A stretch of 64,000 nt of DNA from positions 15,734-79,733 of the forward strand of contig JAAPAO010000096.1 of NCBI GenBank assembly GCA_013115145.1, in the 5' to 3' direction. Within the stretch, counting starts at the first letter, position 1; every line of letters begins with the position of its first letter. The position numbers and the translations under genes were made by a program. This document shows positions 53,390-64,000 of the stretch, one piece after another. Origin of the DNA: Perkinsus chesapeaki ATCC PRA-425. Lineage: Eukaryota > Protista > Perkinsozoa. A model generated the notes under the pieces. The model made no database searches, was not told the DNA's origin, and was given only the letters and a program-made list of their open reading frames with translations.

Positions 53390-56000
53390 GCTCACGGTTG
53401 TGTTTGTTTGCTTGTGTTGAGAGGGAATCTCCGCTGTACTGTCGGGAACGCAACAGCGCCTGTGGGCATCAATCTAACGCATCATGGAGTACTTTGTCAT
53501 AGACAGACATGGCTTGCTGACGGAACTTGTTCAGCATGGCGAATGCCATCTCGCGCGATTGACTCGAGAGGGTTATGAAGGAAACCTAAATGTTGCTATG
53601 AACACGAGCATGCTAAGGCACGAGCAACGGCGTTGAGCCATTCATACAATAAAATCTTTGTTGTCCTCGAAACAGTGATGAGATGGCCGGCATAGTGCCC
53701 ATGGATAGGCATTGATCAATCTTTGCGGGATGAGCCTAACCTGCATGGATCTCAGAGAGAGAGCTTCCGACGGGCAGATTCACTTCAGGGATGTACTGGA
53801 ACTCGGACCACGTTCGGACTTGAACGTCAGACAAATCACTTCTCCGCGGTTCTGGTCTGACAGCGAACCATGTTGCGCGATATTAGATGGGAGGGCGGCG
53901 AGAACACCGGAACCGTATTCCCGAGATGGAACAAGAACACAGCGCTAAATGCCCATACACTGAAGTTAGGCCGTTACACGTCTCTTGTAGTAACCAGTGG
54001 TCGAAGCACATGCCAGAGGATAGCGAACTGGTCCTTTAAGTCATGTCGGTCATATGGATGAGGTGCATCTACCGGGCCCAACACAGAGCGAAGAAAACTG
54101 CATGACAACGTTCGAAGGTTCGGTGAGAAAGAAACGCACTTTTTGCCCCAAGGTGAATTGCGGATGAACCAGCTCCCACCAGCCAGGCCACGACCATCCT
54201 CCGAGATCAAAAAGTGCACCTGACAGTGGGAAGGTCCAATTTTTGTAGTGCTTGGAGTTCAGAGCACTCCTGGATCAAGCTGTAGACCCTGCGGGGTGTT
54301 CAGACCCGCATGTCGATATATCAAGTACTCTAGAGTTACTGTCATGTTGACGAACAAACAATCACAATCCATAGACAACACCCAGTCGAATCTGATGGAA
54401 GATGATGTAGATAAGCATAGGCGGCGCACTTCCCAGATTCGAGCATTTCCAGGGGCAGAGATACCGCAGACCATACAGGATGACGTGACGGCATCTAGAA
54501 AGGAAGCTGCATAAGAAGGAGCCGTATGAGTTACGTGATTGTTTCTCCTGAAGTCAATCTCATAACCATGTAGTGTCGCATAAGCTTGTCTATTCTCGAA
54601 CGAAACCTCGTCGATACCTGCCGAAAGGCATGTTGGAAGGCACAACATACAGCGGCTGAGGGCAAAAACTCCGATTCTGAATCCATACCAGAGTCAGGGT
54701 TCTAGTATCGAGTTTCGGGAAAATTTGGGCCCACCACGTAAGCTGCTTCCCTCCTTGTAATCACAGACGGATGCAATTCCTATGCGCAAGGTGCGGTCCC
54801 TATGTGATGTAGATAATTTCGGCGTGGGAGGCAAACCGTCATCTTCGTGCCGCCTTAGCAGAGCCGCAAGGGATAGATACCTGTAGAAGTTATAGGCGAC
54901 AGTTTCACTGGAGTAAAAACCAGTTTCTGGATTTTCTTCCGAGGAACTGAGTCTTCTTACTGATTCATAAACTCATCCCAGTTTTCCCCCCACACCATAG
55001 ATCCTGAAGCCTCTAGACATTGGAGGGCTTGAGGCCTGTAGTGACCAAGAATTGGGCTAACCCCGGCTGCAGGCTGCTGCTAGCGGCTCACCTTCTTGTG
55101 AAGTCCCAAAAGAACGCCATTGCCAGTTGGTGCATGTTATGGGACCGCTGAGGGAACCCACGAGATAGGTAGTACGAACCAAGCTTATAGAAGACAGCAG
55201 CTACCCCCATTGGGCAGTCCAATGCCGTATCTGAGCGTCTCATCGGTCACCTGGTGTCTCCTCTGGTAGAGCCGTATAGCATGCAAGTCTAGCATTGGTG
55301 TGAGTCCTGCAGTGTGGATGAAATCGACTTGACTTGTCTCAGTTCAGTGGTCTTATAAGAACTCACTCATCGCTCACGTATTAACGAACACGCTATATGG
55401 AGAGTTGTGTCAAAGGGGGGCGTGCAAACAGACGGAATTTTCAACATTCTGTTCTGAAAGATGCGATGGCTGCGGCCTGCCTACTTGCATGAAAACAAGA
55501 TTCGCCCTATATGATACACGCTCAACCTACGGCATACCCGCATTTGATGCAAATATGTCCGCCAAGCTGGCCAGTTTTTCTGCCATTGCGTCGCCTGGCC
55601 CGTCGGTAAAAGCAAAACGGTCGATACTTGTCTGAGGGGCAAAATATCAGACCCACAAATAGAGGAACTATAGGCCTCAAGGCAGTTGAGCCAGAGCTAA
55701 CTGACAACACCAGTGCTTAGCGGAAGAGACTAGAACGAAGCCGAATCTACGAGCCTCTGGGCGCTCTTCAAAGGAAGTCCTCTCTGAGGAATAGGCTACC
55801 AGTTCATTCTCAAGGAGTGTCCAGTTGACAGATGAGACCGACTCTTCTTGGCACTTGGTCAGGATGGCACATTCGCTGGGAGCTCCTCTGAGAGAGAGCG
55901 GATTACGTCTTGTGGTGAAGATTAGCTCATAATTAGCTCACCCGGTGATCGCGATGAGACCTGCGAGGATGCAAACCCCTGGGTTGCGCATTGAGCAAAG
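53390..56000 (-). CDS. GMA12/MNN10-like (GT34) glycosyltransferase
   Basis: IGIASVCDY; ENRQAYATLHGY; FDWVLSMDCDCLFVNMTVTLE (DxD); FLISEDGRGLAGGSWFIRNSPW; DQFAILWH; LIPQRLINAYP. Both ends are uncertain. Confidence 0.8.
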
Positions 56001-56219
56001 TAAACTTGATACTGACCTGTAACCTTGAGTATTACGCCCCCCTCCGAGAGCGCAGCCCTCCTCTTGTTATATTTGACCGTTAGTGACCAGTCGGCTGTCC
56101 TGCTAGATTAACCATTAGGTACTGGGACACAACAAAAAAGGCATACTCCTTGCCGCTTAAGTGGGCGCTGTAGATAAAACATAGTGATGGGTGTCAGTGA
56201 AATGGCTGATCCGAGTGGA

Positions 56220-57748
56220 TCAGAAGTACATAGGAGCTTTATCAGTAGTTGAAGTCTTCACGAAGAGGTAGCTATGATCCTGGCCCCTCTGATATGGAGT
56301 TATTGGTATGCCCAATGCTCCCATAATAGTTGGTAGATAGTCTCTGAAATATTGAAAAATTCACAGACGCCAGGGGACATGAATGCCATAGCAGAGCAAT
56401 ACTCACACGTCGACGATCGAGCGTTCGATGAGGCCTGTTGACTTGATCTTGCCGGCCTTGTTGCAGAATAGCACCGGTGTATTCGCTGTCGCCGTGGTCC
56501 ACTCCACATGATTATTTCCGATCCTGGATAAGGATATTGCAGTTAACTCTTTCGTTTTTGTTACCCGCCATGGTCAGCGGTGATAACAAGCAAAGTGGTA
56601 TCGCTGATTGCAGCTTTATCCATAGCAGCTGTGATCTCCTTCACATAACCGTCTGCCTTCGTGAGCGCTTTGTAGTATCTGATGAACTTTCGCAACAGCT
56701 CCTAATAATGGTCATTTACTCTGGGGATCCCCAGTAAGTCCCGTGGCCGGCCGAGTCAACCTGAGATATAACGGCTATTATGGCTAAGCTAGTTGGCTTT
56801 GGAGTCGATCAGACAACTAAAGCCTGAAAATCTCACCTCTTCTATGTGGAGAAATGTGATATGCGGTTTGTTAGTCGATAGAATGAGGTCCCTCACAAAC
56901 TTGACTGTATGGGTGTCTTGCATCTTGCCTGACTTTCAAATACAACAAGCGATGGCAGCTGCTTCTCTACCGTTTTTTTCATAGTCTACATCATTTCCCG
57001 ACAGTTCACCTGAAACAGGGAGCAACAGTGTGAGTTCACGAGGAGACTTCGAAGCGCCCACCAATCCATGGCCAGCCATAAGCTGAAGCTGTCTTCAGAT
57101 TCGCGGAGAAAGCTTTCCCCAAATGGAAAATAGTGGGTGGAAGTGTGCCTACAGAGAGTTACCTTTCCAGTAGAGAGCAGAAATAATCTATAAGCTCAGT
57201 AAGGGCATGGGGACGGAACAAAAGTGGCAGTTAAAAAGCCTACCGGCACCGCTCAATGGCGCAACTCAGCCATCTGACAAAGATTTGGGACTGAGGCACC
57301 TCGAGTTCCACGCATTGCTAATGATACCAGTCTCCGAAGGAGGCATACCTACCAAGCGCTCTCTAGCGTAGTCGAATATTGAACGCCTACCGGTCAGGAT
57401 GGAGGCCCAGTTAGGTCCGCTAACTGTTGGCAGTTGAGCCCGGACTGAGAATGAATAGGCGCACTTGCCTGAATCCAGTAGGCCTCTGGAAGGAGCGAAT
57501 GTTACATCAGCGATCGAGAAGGTGCTCAGCGAAACGTACTTGATCGTCGGGGCAGTTGCATCCGAAACATTCTTAAGGTATTCCCCTCCAAGACCGTCTA
57601 TGCCAATCATTATAACACGTTCGAATGCAGCATTCGGGTCACTGACTAAGGAAGCATCTCCCTTAGGCCGACTATCATTACACGCCAGGACGCTGCTGAA
57701 TGTAACGATGTTTACTAGCGGCAGGCTAGAGAAGCGCTTCATAAACAT
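56220..57748 (-). CDS. Alkaline phosphatase superfamily, paralog B
   Basis: VIMIGIDGLGG, LPTVSGPNWASILTG, TFLHIEE, ISDNTLLVITADHGG; ends DYLPTIMGALGI...DKAPMYF*. Confidence 0.85.
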
Positions 57749-58933
57749 GTGTTAAGAAGAGGGAAAAAGGCGCTGACATCACGGGATGAGCGGGTAATAT
57801 AAGAGTCCGAAGCATCGATTCATCCACCACTGGCAGACTACCATGATGAGTTGACGAGGAGTCGATCTATAAGAAGGTCTTCCTAGAACCGATAAATGTT
57901 CTGTGGAAATCAGCTATCTCTGAATGAACCATGTGGTACGTTCCCATGAGCTATGAGTAGCAATGGAAACAGCGCCTGCCATAGCTAAAAAAGGAGTCGC
58001 ATTATTAATAAAACTTGGCTCTCCCTACCGTCCCACTTGATATACACGAGAAGCTCCGTGGGTGCCCATTCTTCGTGTCTCGTTACGGGGCAGGATGAGA
58101 CGAGACTTTTATCTTTCGCCCTCGTCACGATGGCGAACGCCCTTCGCCATATTCTATTGTAGCGCTCGATGAGTCGGCATGACGAGACCATTATCATGTA
58201 GATCTGCTCATTGCGCCACACTCACTAGACTGGAGTGCTGCACGTCGCGTGCATGTGTGGTAGGAGGTTTCTGAATTCCTTCTGTTGTAGCTGGTAGCTA
58301 TGCCAGTTCGCGTTTCCCACAGGTGCCGTCGCAGCTGGCGAGATGTTGCAGCGAGGCTCCTAGACTTCCAGTCTTCCCCGCAGCATGATTCCCCGTACAC
58401 GGTCAGGGTGCGTTCACTGTGACGCCCTAGGAAAATGTATTTACCCGCGTGCCAGGGGGGTGCCCTGGCAGGAAGTGTGATTGGGATCCCAAGTCGGCAC
58501 TGTAGTCGCTGTGCTGTATTGATCACACTGGATGATAGGTTTCTCTCTGTTTGGAGTAGTGGCGTTTTCCACACTTGGTCTGATTGCTACACGTCCTAAT
58601 GATTGAGGCTAGTGCCTCTCTGGTCAATCCACAATCATCCTACTTTCCCGATTTGACATGAAGCGATCCGACTATACAGTCGTCGGAATAGGTGACCATC
58701 GCACTCGGGGGTCGCGGATTCTAGACGCATGAGCGGCTCATGATGAGCCTCTCATTCTTAGTCTCGCTCTGGGAACTCATCGGAGATGTAACATCACTAC
58801 TGTACAACCGTTGCCACTTCTTTCTGTGTCACTGGATTAGAATCTTCCGCGATGAGCGGGAATATAACTTCTTTCAAACAACACAACGGCATACCGATCT
58901 CATTGTGTGCTCAAGCCCACGATAAAGCTTCGA

Positions 58934-60468
58934 CTAAATGATAAGTGCGAATAGTAAGTTGACGATAAGTACAATCAAGAATGTTCGAGAGTGGATCAGC
59001 GCTTTGCTCGTATCTGCTCTCCTCTCGAAGAGGTAGCTATGATCTTGGCCCCTCTGATATGGAGTTATTGGTATGCCCAATGCTCCCATAATAGTTGGTA
59101 GATAGTCTCTGAAATATTGAAAAATTCGCAGACGCCAGGGAACATGAATGCCATGAATGTCGCCGACACTTACACGTTGACGACCGGGAGCTCCATGAGG
59201 CCTGGTGACTTGATCTTGCCGGCTGTATTGCAAAATAGGACCGGGGTGTTCGCTGTAGCCGAATCCCATATCTCATGTGTATCTCTATATCTGAGTAAGG
59301 CAGTATTATCTTACAATTAAAGATCCCGAGTATGCTACCCGCCATGGTCAGCGGTTATAACAAGTAAAGTGTTGTCGCTGATAGCAGCCTTATTCATAGC
59401 GGCTGTGATCTGTCCGACATACCCGTCGGCTTTCTTTACTGCTTCGTAATATCTACGGACATCTTCCATGACAATTACTTCGCAACGAGCCAACCACTTA
59501 CACCGAGGACCCCCAGAAGGTTGAGTGGCCGGCATGATCAACCTGAGGAGTAGGCGCTAAGCTATTCCGGATCCTCTAATTTACCGCGTCAATGTGGAGA
59601 AATGTAACATGTGGTTTGTCGGTCGACAGAACAAGATCCCTCACGAAGTCGGTGACTGAGGTATCATTCCCAAAGCCTGATTCGAAGATAGCTCAAGTAA
59701 CTGAGAGGTATTTCTACCGACTCTCTGATGATCTACGTCATTTCCTGACAGTGTACCTGACACCAAAAGGACCTCAAAAAGCACTGGCAGCTGACCACAG
59801 ATGCGACATGCCATTGAAGTTCTTACCTATCCAAAACCAACTATAGGCTGAAGCTGTCTTCAAATTGCGGGAGAAAGCCTTTCCCACATGGAACATCGTC
59901 GGTGGTATATTTCCTAGAGAAAACTATTACTTGAAGAGGGTTTGTGGGCTCATTAGGAGATGATAGTAGGAGATGGAGATTAACGCAATGACAGACATAC
60001 CGGCACCACTGAGAGGTGCCACACAGCCATCTGTTAAGGATGTCGGTTTCAAACAGGTAGTATTCCATTCATTTCCAATGATGCCAGTCTCTGATGGCGA
60101 CATGCCTAGCATGGGATCTTCACCGCACTGAGACGGTGACTGCCTACCAGTCAGGATGGAGGCCCAGTTAGGCGCGCTAACTGTTGGCAGTTGGGCCCGG
60201 GCTGAAAATGAATAGGCACACTTGCCTGAATCCAGTAGGCCTCTGAAAGGAAGAAGCGAATGTAGGCAGATAGCGTCAATAAGTAAGAAGTGGAGTACTT
60301 CATGGTAGGGGCAATAGCTTTTGAAACGTTCTTGAGGTATTCCCCTCCAAAGCCGTCTATTCCAATCATTATAACACGGTCGAATTTACCATGAGGCCAA
60401 CTTCTATCGCTTGCCAGCACCCTAGTAATTGTCAGAATGCTTAGCGCAGATAAGGCTGGAAGCAGCAT
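58934..60468 (-). CDS. Alkaline phosphatase superfamily, paralog C, with a hydrophobic C-terminal tail
   Basis: Signal peptide, VIMIGIDGFGG, LPTVSAPNWASILTG, ITADHGG; ends ...SKALIHSRTFLIVLIVNLLFALII*. Confidence 0.85.
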
Positions 60469-61584
60469 TGCGAAAAGCTTACTGATCAAGGAAAGATGTT
60501 ATCAACGCGCTACAGGGACTCAAATGATGTTCTCAAGATACTCTATAAATCCGCATATCTGAACGACATGTTCCGACAAGCGAATATGGATCCTAAGGGG
60601 TTATTCTAGCGTGCAGCATCCGTAGCGCCCACTGATCCGCCGAATCTCAACAGGCTCTCCTAGAACGGCTTCGAGCGCACAAGTGGACGAACTCTCCTGT
60701 TCCGACCGCGCACACCCGAGAGGGTGTGGTTCCGATGAAGCCTAAGCGTAACTACTGGTGAAACCTACTGCGTAACAAGCAGTAGTACCCGCGGTAGCTC
60801 GGCGAAGGCGGCTGCAGCTTCCCGGGCTAAATTTTCTTCAGATAGGCATGCACAACCTTTAGTATACTCGAGTCGTATTCAGCTGTGGGCTCGCCATGCC
60901 TATACGCATGAACAGCAAGTTTTCCATAAAGGTAGCGCTTACATGGCGCAATTTCGCGCCCTTGAGGGTCCCATCTGGCGTATACGAAAATGAAAATAGG
61001 CTACATACCTGACTCATATACAGATATCGCTTCACAGCCTGTTTGAAGCCAACTGTTGCGGATCACAAACGTATCATCAGCATGGTAGGCATGACCCACG
61101 TACGCACTCTCGCGCACAAAAAATTCCTCAAGGCTTGATGCTGAAGTAGACACTTGTTTCAGGACAGAAACTTCCCGCACCGACTCGTCGTAGGTTTCGG
61201 TGCCACTGAGATGTCATCTCTTGTCTTCATGAATAATGTATTGCGAGAGGCCTGTGAATACTGTGTTGAGTGTGCACTTATTGTGCTGCATCGTTCCTCA
61301 TGCTTTGTCTAGGATCGAAGACTACGTAGACTCCGGGTGGTCTTCGAGTTGCTCTGTAATCATCAAAACTCCACGGGTCTTGCTAGACTACTATGAGTAT
61401 TGCGGCCAATAGTATGTGGCGTTATAAAATAACAGTTTGCCAACAGTCTACTGTGATTAGTCGTAGTAAACCACGATCCCCATCTGCACATTTATCGATT
61501 GTAGCAATGGTTCACAACTGAGGGAAGTGATGAGGCTATGCTACACCCGGGATGGCTACACTCCCCCAAAGCCGCGTTTTTCTC

Positions 61585-61830
61585 ATGGAGCGCATCGTTC
61601 ACTACATTGTTTCGGTGGGCGTTGTGGTAGCAAAGCTGCAGGAGCAATGCTATTCCATAGACATGGAGATGACCAATATACGGTTCGATACCCCAGTGAA
61701 TCAGGCTCTCTAACTATTAATGATTGCGCATCTCAGCCTGTCGGCGGAGAGTCCCTTAGAGGGACCTACCGGAGGAACTTCTTCCCCCTCGCAGCGCAGA
61801 AGGGCTACTTTGGTACTCGATATTCGGGTT
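61585..61830 (+). pseudogene. Degenerate histidine acid phosphatase N-terminal fragment
   Basis: A signal-like MERIVHYIVSVGVVVAKLQEQ is out of frame with MLFHRHGDDQYTVRYPSESGSLT...GESLRGTY, which follows the RHG and GxLT(10)GExLRxxY spacing. Later HAP motifs were not found. Confidence 0.4.
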
Positions 61831-62326
61831 GGGAACAGTAACACGCAAATATTGCGAGATGTTACGGTAACGGTGCCCACAGGCACGACAATTATCCGCG
61901 GTATTGTGGTCTTCTTCATCTGTGTCGAGTCTGAAGCACATGGTTTTCCGCATAGCCTCATGTAATCGGCTGATGGAAAGTGGGTCGACCTCTTTTATTA
62001 TTTATGCCTCTTTGTGCCACTTACCTCCATCTTTTGTACCAGAAGTTTTACAAAAAGCCCGTCCGTCAGCTAGTTTTGCTTGAATCCGTGACGACTTTCA
62101 AAACTCAATAACATTCGTAATTGTGAGACCCCCTTCCGTATGCTTGTCTATGACTAAGCTCCCTTCTCTCATGCATAGATGATCAGTATAGGACAAAATA
62201 AATTAAACCGAGTATCGGCAAACCTTCCATGGCTCGCAAAAATACGTGTCGAGCTGCATAATGCAGCCTGCATTATCAGTTTCTGAAAGCAAATCACAAA
62301 TGAAAGAGCCCATAATCCGCCAACCG

Positions 62327-63390
62327 TTACACTTTGACGAGACTTTTGAAGCCGAGATAGAACCATGCCGTGAGAACACCGCCAACAGCCGTCAGAGCCA
62401 TAGCAGCCATTGGCAACGGACGCGATAGCATCCCAGTCTGAGCCGCCCTCGCGCTCGACCCCCTACCAACGACGACGCATAACTACTGTACCAAACCTGA
62501 TAGTACCTTGCAATGGCGATGGTTGCTGCCTTCTTCTGAGGAGCAGCGGATTTCCTCTTCTGCCTTTTCGAGACAGGAGGTGCCTCGAATGGAGTTACAT
62601 TGAGAGATCTCTTCGCTCGAGAATGACTGCGGATAGACAATGCCCTACCATACGAGAACTACAAACAATCCTACCTGTCAGTCTGGTCATCAGTACGATC
62701 CTCAATTTTGCGCATACCAAATGACTTAGCTCGCTTTCGAGCCGCAGGAGCAGGAGCAACGGAGGAGGCCTGTAAATAACCAAGTTACACCCAGGGGTGC
62801 ACAACTAGAGCACCGTCTTCTCTGCGGGCTCGGACTTCCTAACGGTCTCTTTGTTCGGTTTTTTCTTAGCAGAGATTGCCTGAATGTAAAACATAAGGGA
62901 AGCACCACAAAGACGATTCTACCTTAGCGACTTCGGCCTCGCCCTTCGGAATCGTTTTAGCAGGCTTTGATTTCGCCGAGGCAACTGTTGCCTTCCTCGG
63001 AGTGGCCTTAGGAGTCGGTGCTTTGGCGGGCGGAGACTGAAAGGGGGCAGTTGAGCTGAAATGTCACGTAATAAAATACCTTAGCGGCTTTCTTCGACGG
63101 TTTTCTTGATCTGGAGCGCGGCGTCTCCACTGCATTAGTCTCGTCCTACATCGCGCCCCAACATAAGATACCAAAGGTATTAGGAACTCACCGCCGGCTC
63201 CTCCACCTTTTTAGGCTTAGCACTGCGGGAGCGAGCGCGAGAAGAACCTAACAACTGCGTATATAACAAAGTGTGGGTGAAAGGGGCGACCTGTGGGGGG
63301 ATCTTGAAACTGCATTTCCAAGGGCTCTCGGCTGCGAAGCCTCGCGGACGACCTAGGTCGAGGGCTTTCTTTAGCCGGAGTTTTTGCCAT
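62327..63390 (-). CDS. Lys/Arg/Pro-rich low-complexity protein with a C-terminal TM anchor
   Basis: Exons MAKTPAKESPRPRSSARLR, VETPRSRSRKPSKKAAK, PPAKAPTPKATPRKATVASAKSKPAK and APPVSKRQKRKSAAPQKK; the last exon is ...PLPMAAMALTAVGGVLTAWFYLGFKSLVKV*. Confidence 0.65.
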
Positions 63391-63920
63391 ATCTGTCAAC
63401 TACGAAACCATGAGCCAAAGATCCGCATAAGCTAATCAAACTTGCGCACTTGATTGAAACGGTATGGCGAGCGCGCATGTCAAGAAACACACTACAAATC
63501 GATGAACGGATCCGATGTAGTATGGCCAGTCTAAGAGCAATTCGTTCCAATTCGTAGTGGAAAATAACTGCTATGTACAATGGGTCCCACTTAACTTGAA
63601 GGTTACCTCGTGCCAAGGAAAACGAGCCCCGCGTAAAAATGATTACAGGAATATCAAATTGAAATATTCAACTATCTGATTTATTCAACCGGGCCGATCC
63701 TCCCCCCTAACAACTTGGCAGGTTGTTGAGCAGTAAACTGCTCAAGTACTGGGCCTACACTTCATGGTCTATAGGACCCACCATACCTTTCATGTCCCAT
63801 GAATGGGACAGGACAAGAAAGATGACAACCAAGGCCCGCGGCTTACCTCGGTTTAATACCCGAGTAATCGGCGACAATCGCCGATTATCACACGGTGGTA
63901 ATGACACTGGAGCTCTCAAT

Positions 63921-64000
63921 AGTATCGGCCACTTCAATATACCCTGGGAGGTGGTTTAGTATCGGCCACTTCAATATACCCTGGGAGGTGGTTTAGTATC
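63921..64000. repeat. 37-bp tandem repeat running off the window end
   Basis: Unit agtatcggccacttcaatataccctgggaggtggttt; two exact copies plus the start of a third. Confidence 0.95.

Noticed and set aside
57985-58925. ORFs between phosphodiesterase paralogs B and C
   Set aside because: No recognisable motif or consistent exon chain.
63921-64000. CRISPR array
   Set aside because: The repeats are contiguous with no unique spacers, there are no cas genes, and the context is eukaryotic.
1-64000. Dinoflagellate/Perkinsus spliced-leader sequence (CCGTAGCCAT...GGCTCAAG) and U1/U2/U6 cores
   Set aside because: Only partial chance matches such as gtagccat were seen; no full motif by eye.

Overview
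Intron-rich eukaryotic genomic DNA with dense gene packing and mostly short GT-AG introns. The gene families and intron style point to a Perkinsus-like alveolate parasite (inference). All CDS ranges below span introns; I joined the exons by eye, so the boundaries are approximate. Recognisable genes: separase; CEP20/FOR20; a histidine acid phosphatase; a nodulin-like MFS transporter; two convergent GH18 chitinase-like paralogs lacking catalytic residues; GILT; three alkaline-phosphatase-superfamily (phosphodiesterase/NPP-like) paralogs; TEX9; a GT34 glycosyltransferase. There are also several orphan membrane or low-complexity proteins, a probable phosphatase pseudogene, three tandem repeats and a 97-N gap. 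I found no rRNA, tRNA, CRISPR array, spliced-leader sequence or clear transposase. The best leads are: (1) a multi-TM protein whose TM1 and TM3 match the residue spacing of Orai/CRAC channels, with Asp at the selectivity-filter position; (2) recurrent near-perfect palindromes with a single central base, often paired with swapped cores; (3) a basic, S/TPxK-rich, tail-anchored protein; (4) non-canonical catalytic motifs in separase, the acid phosphatase and the GH18 pair.
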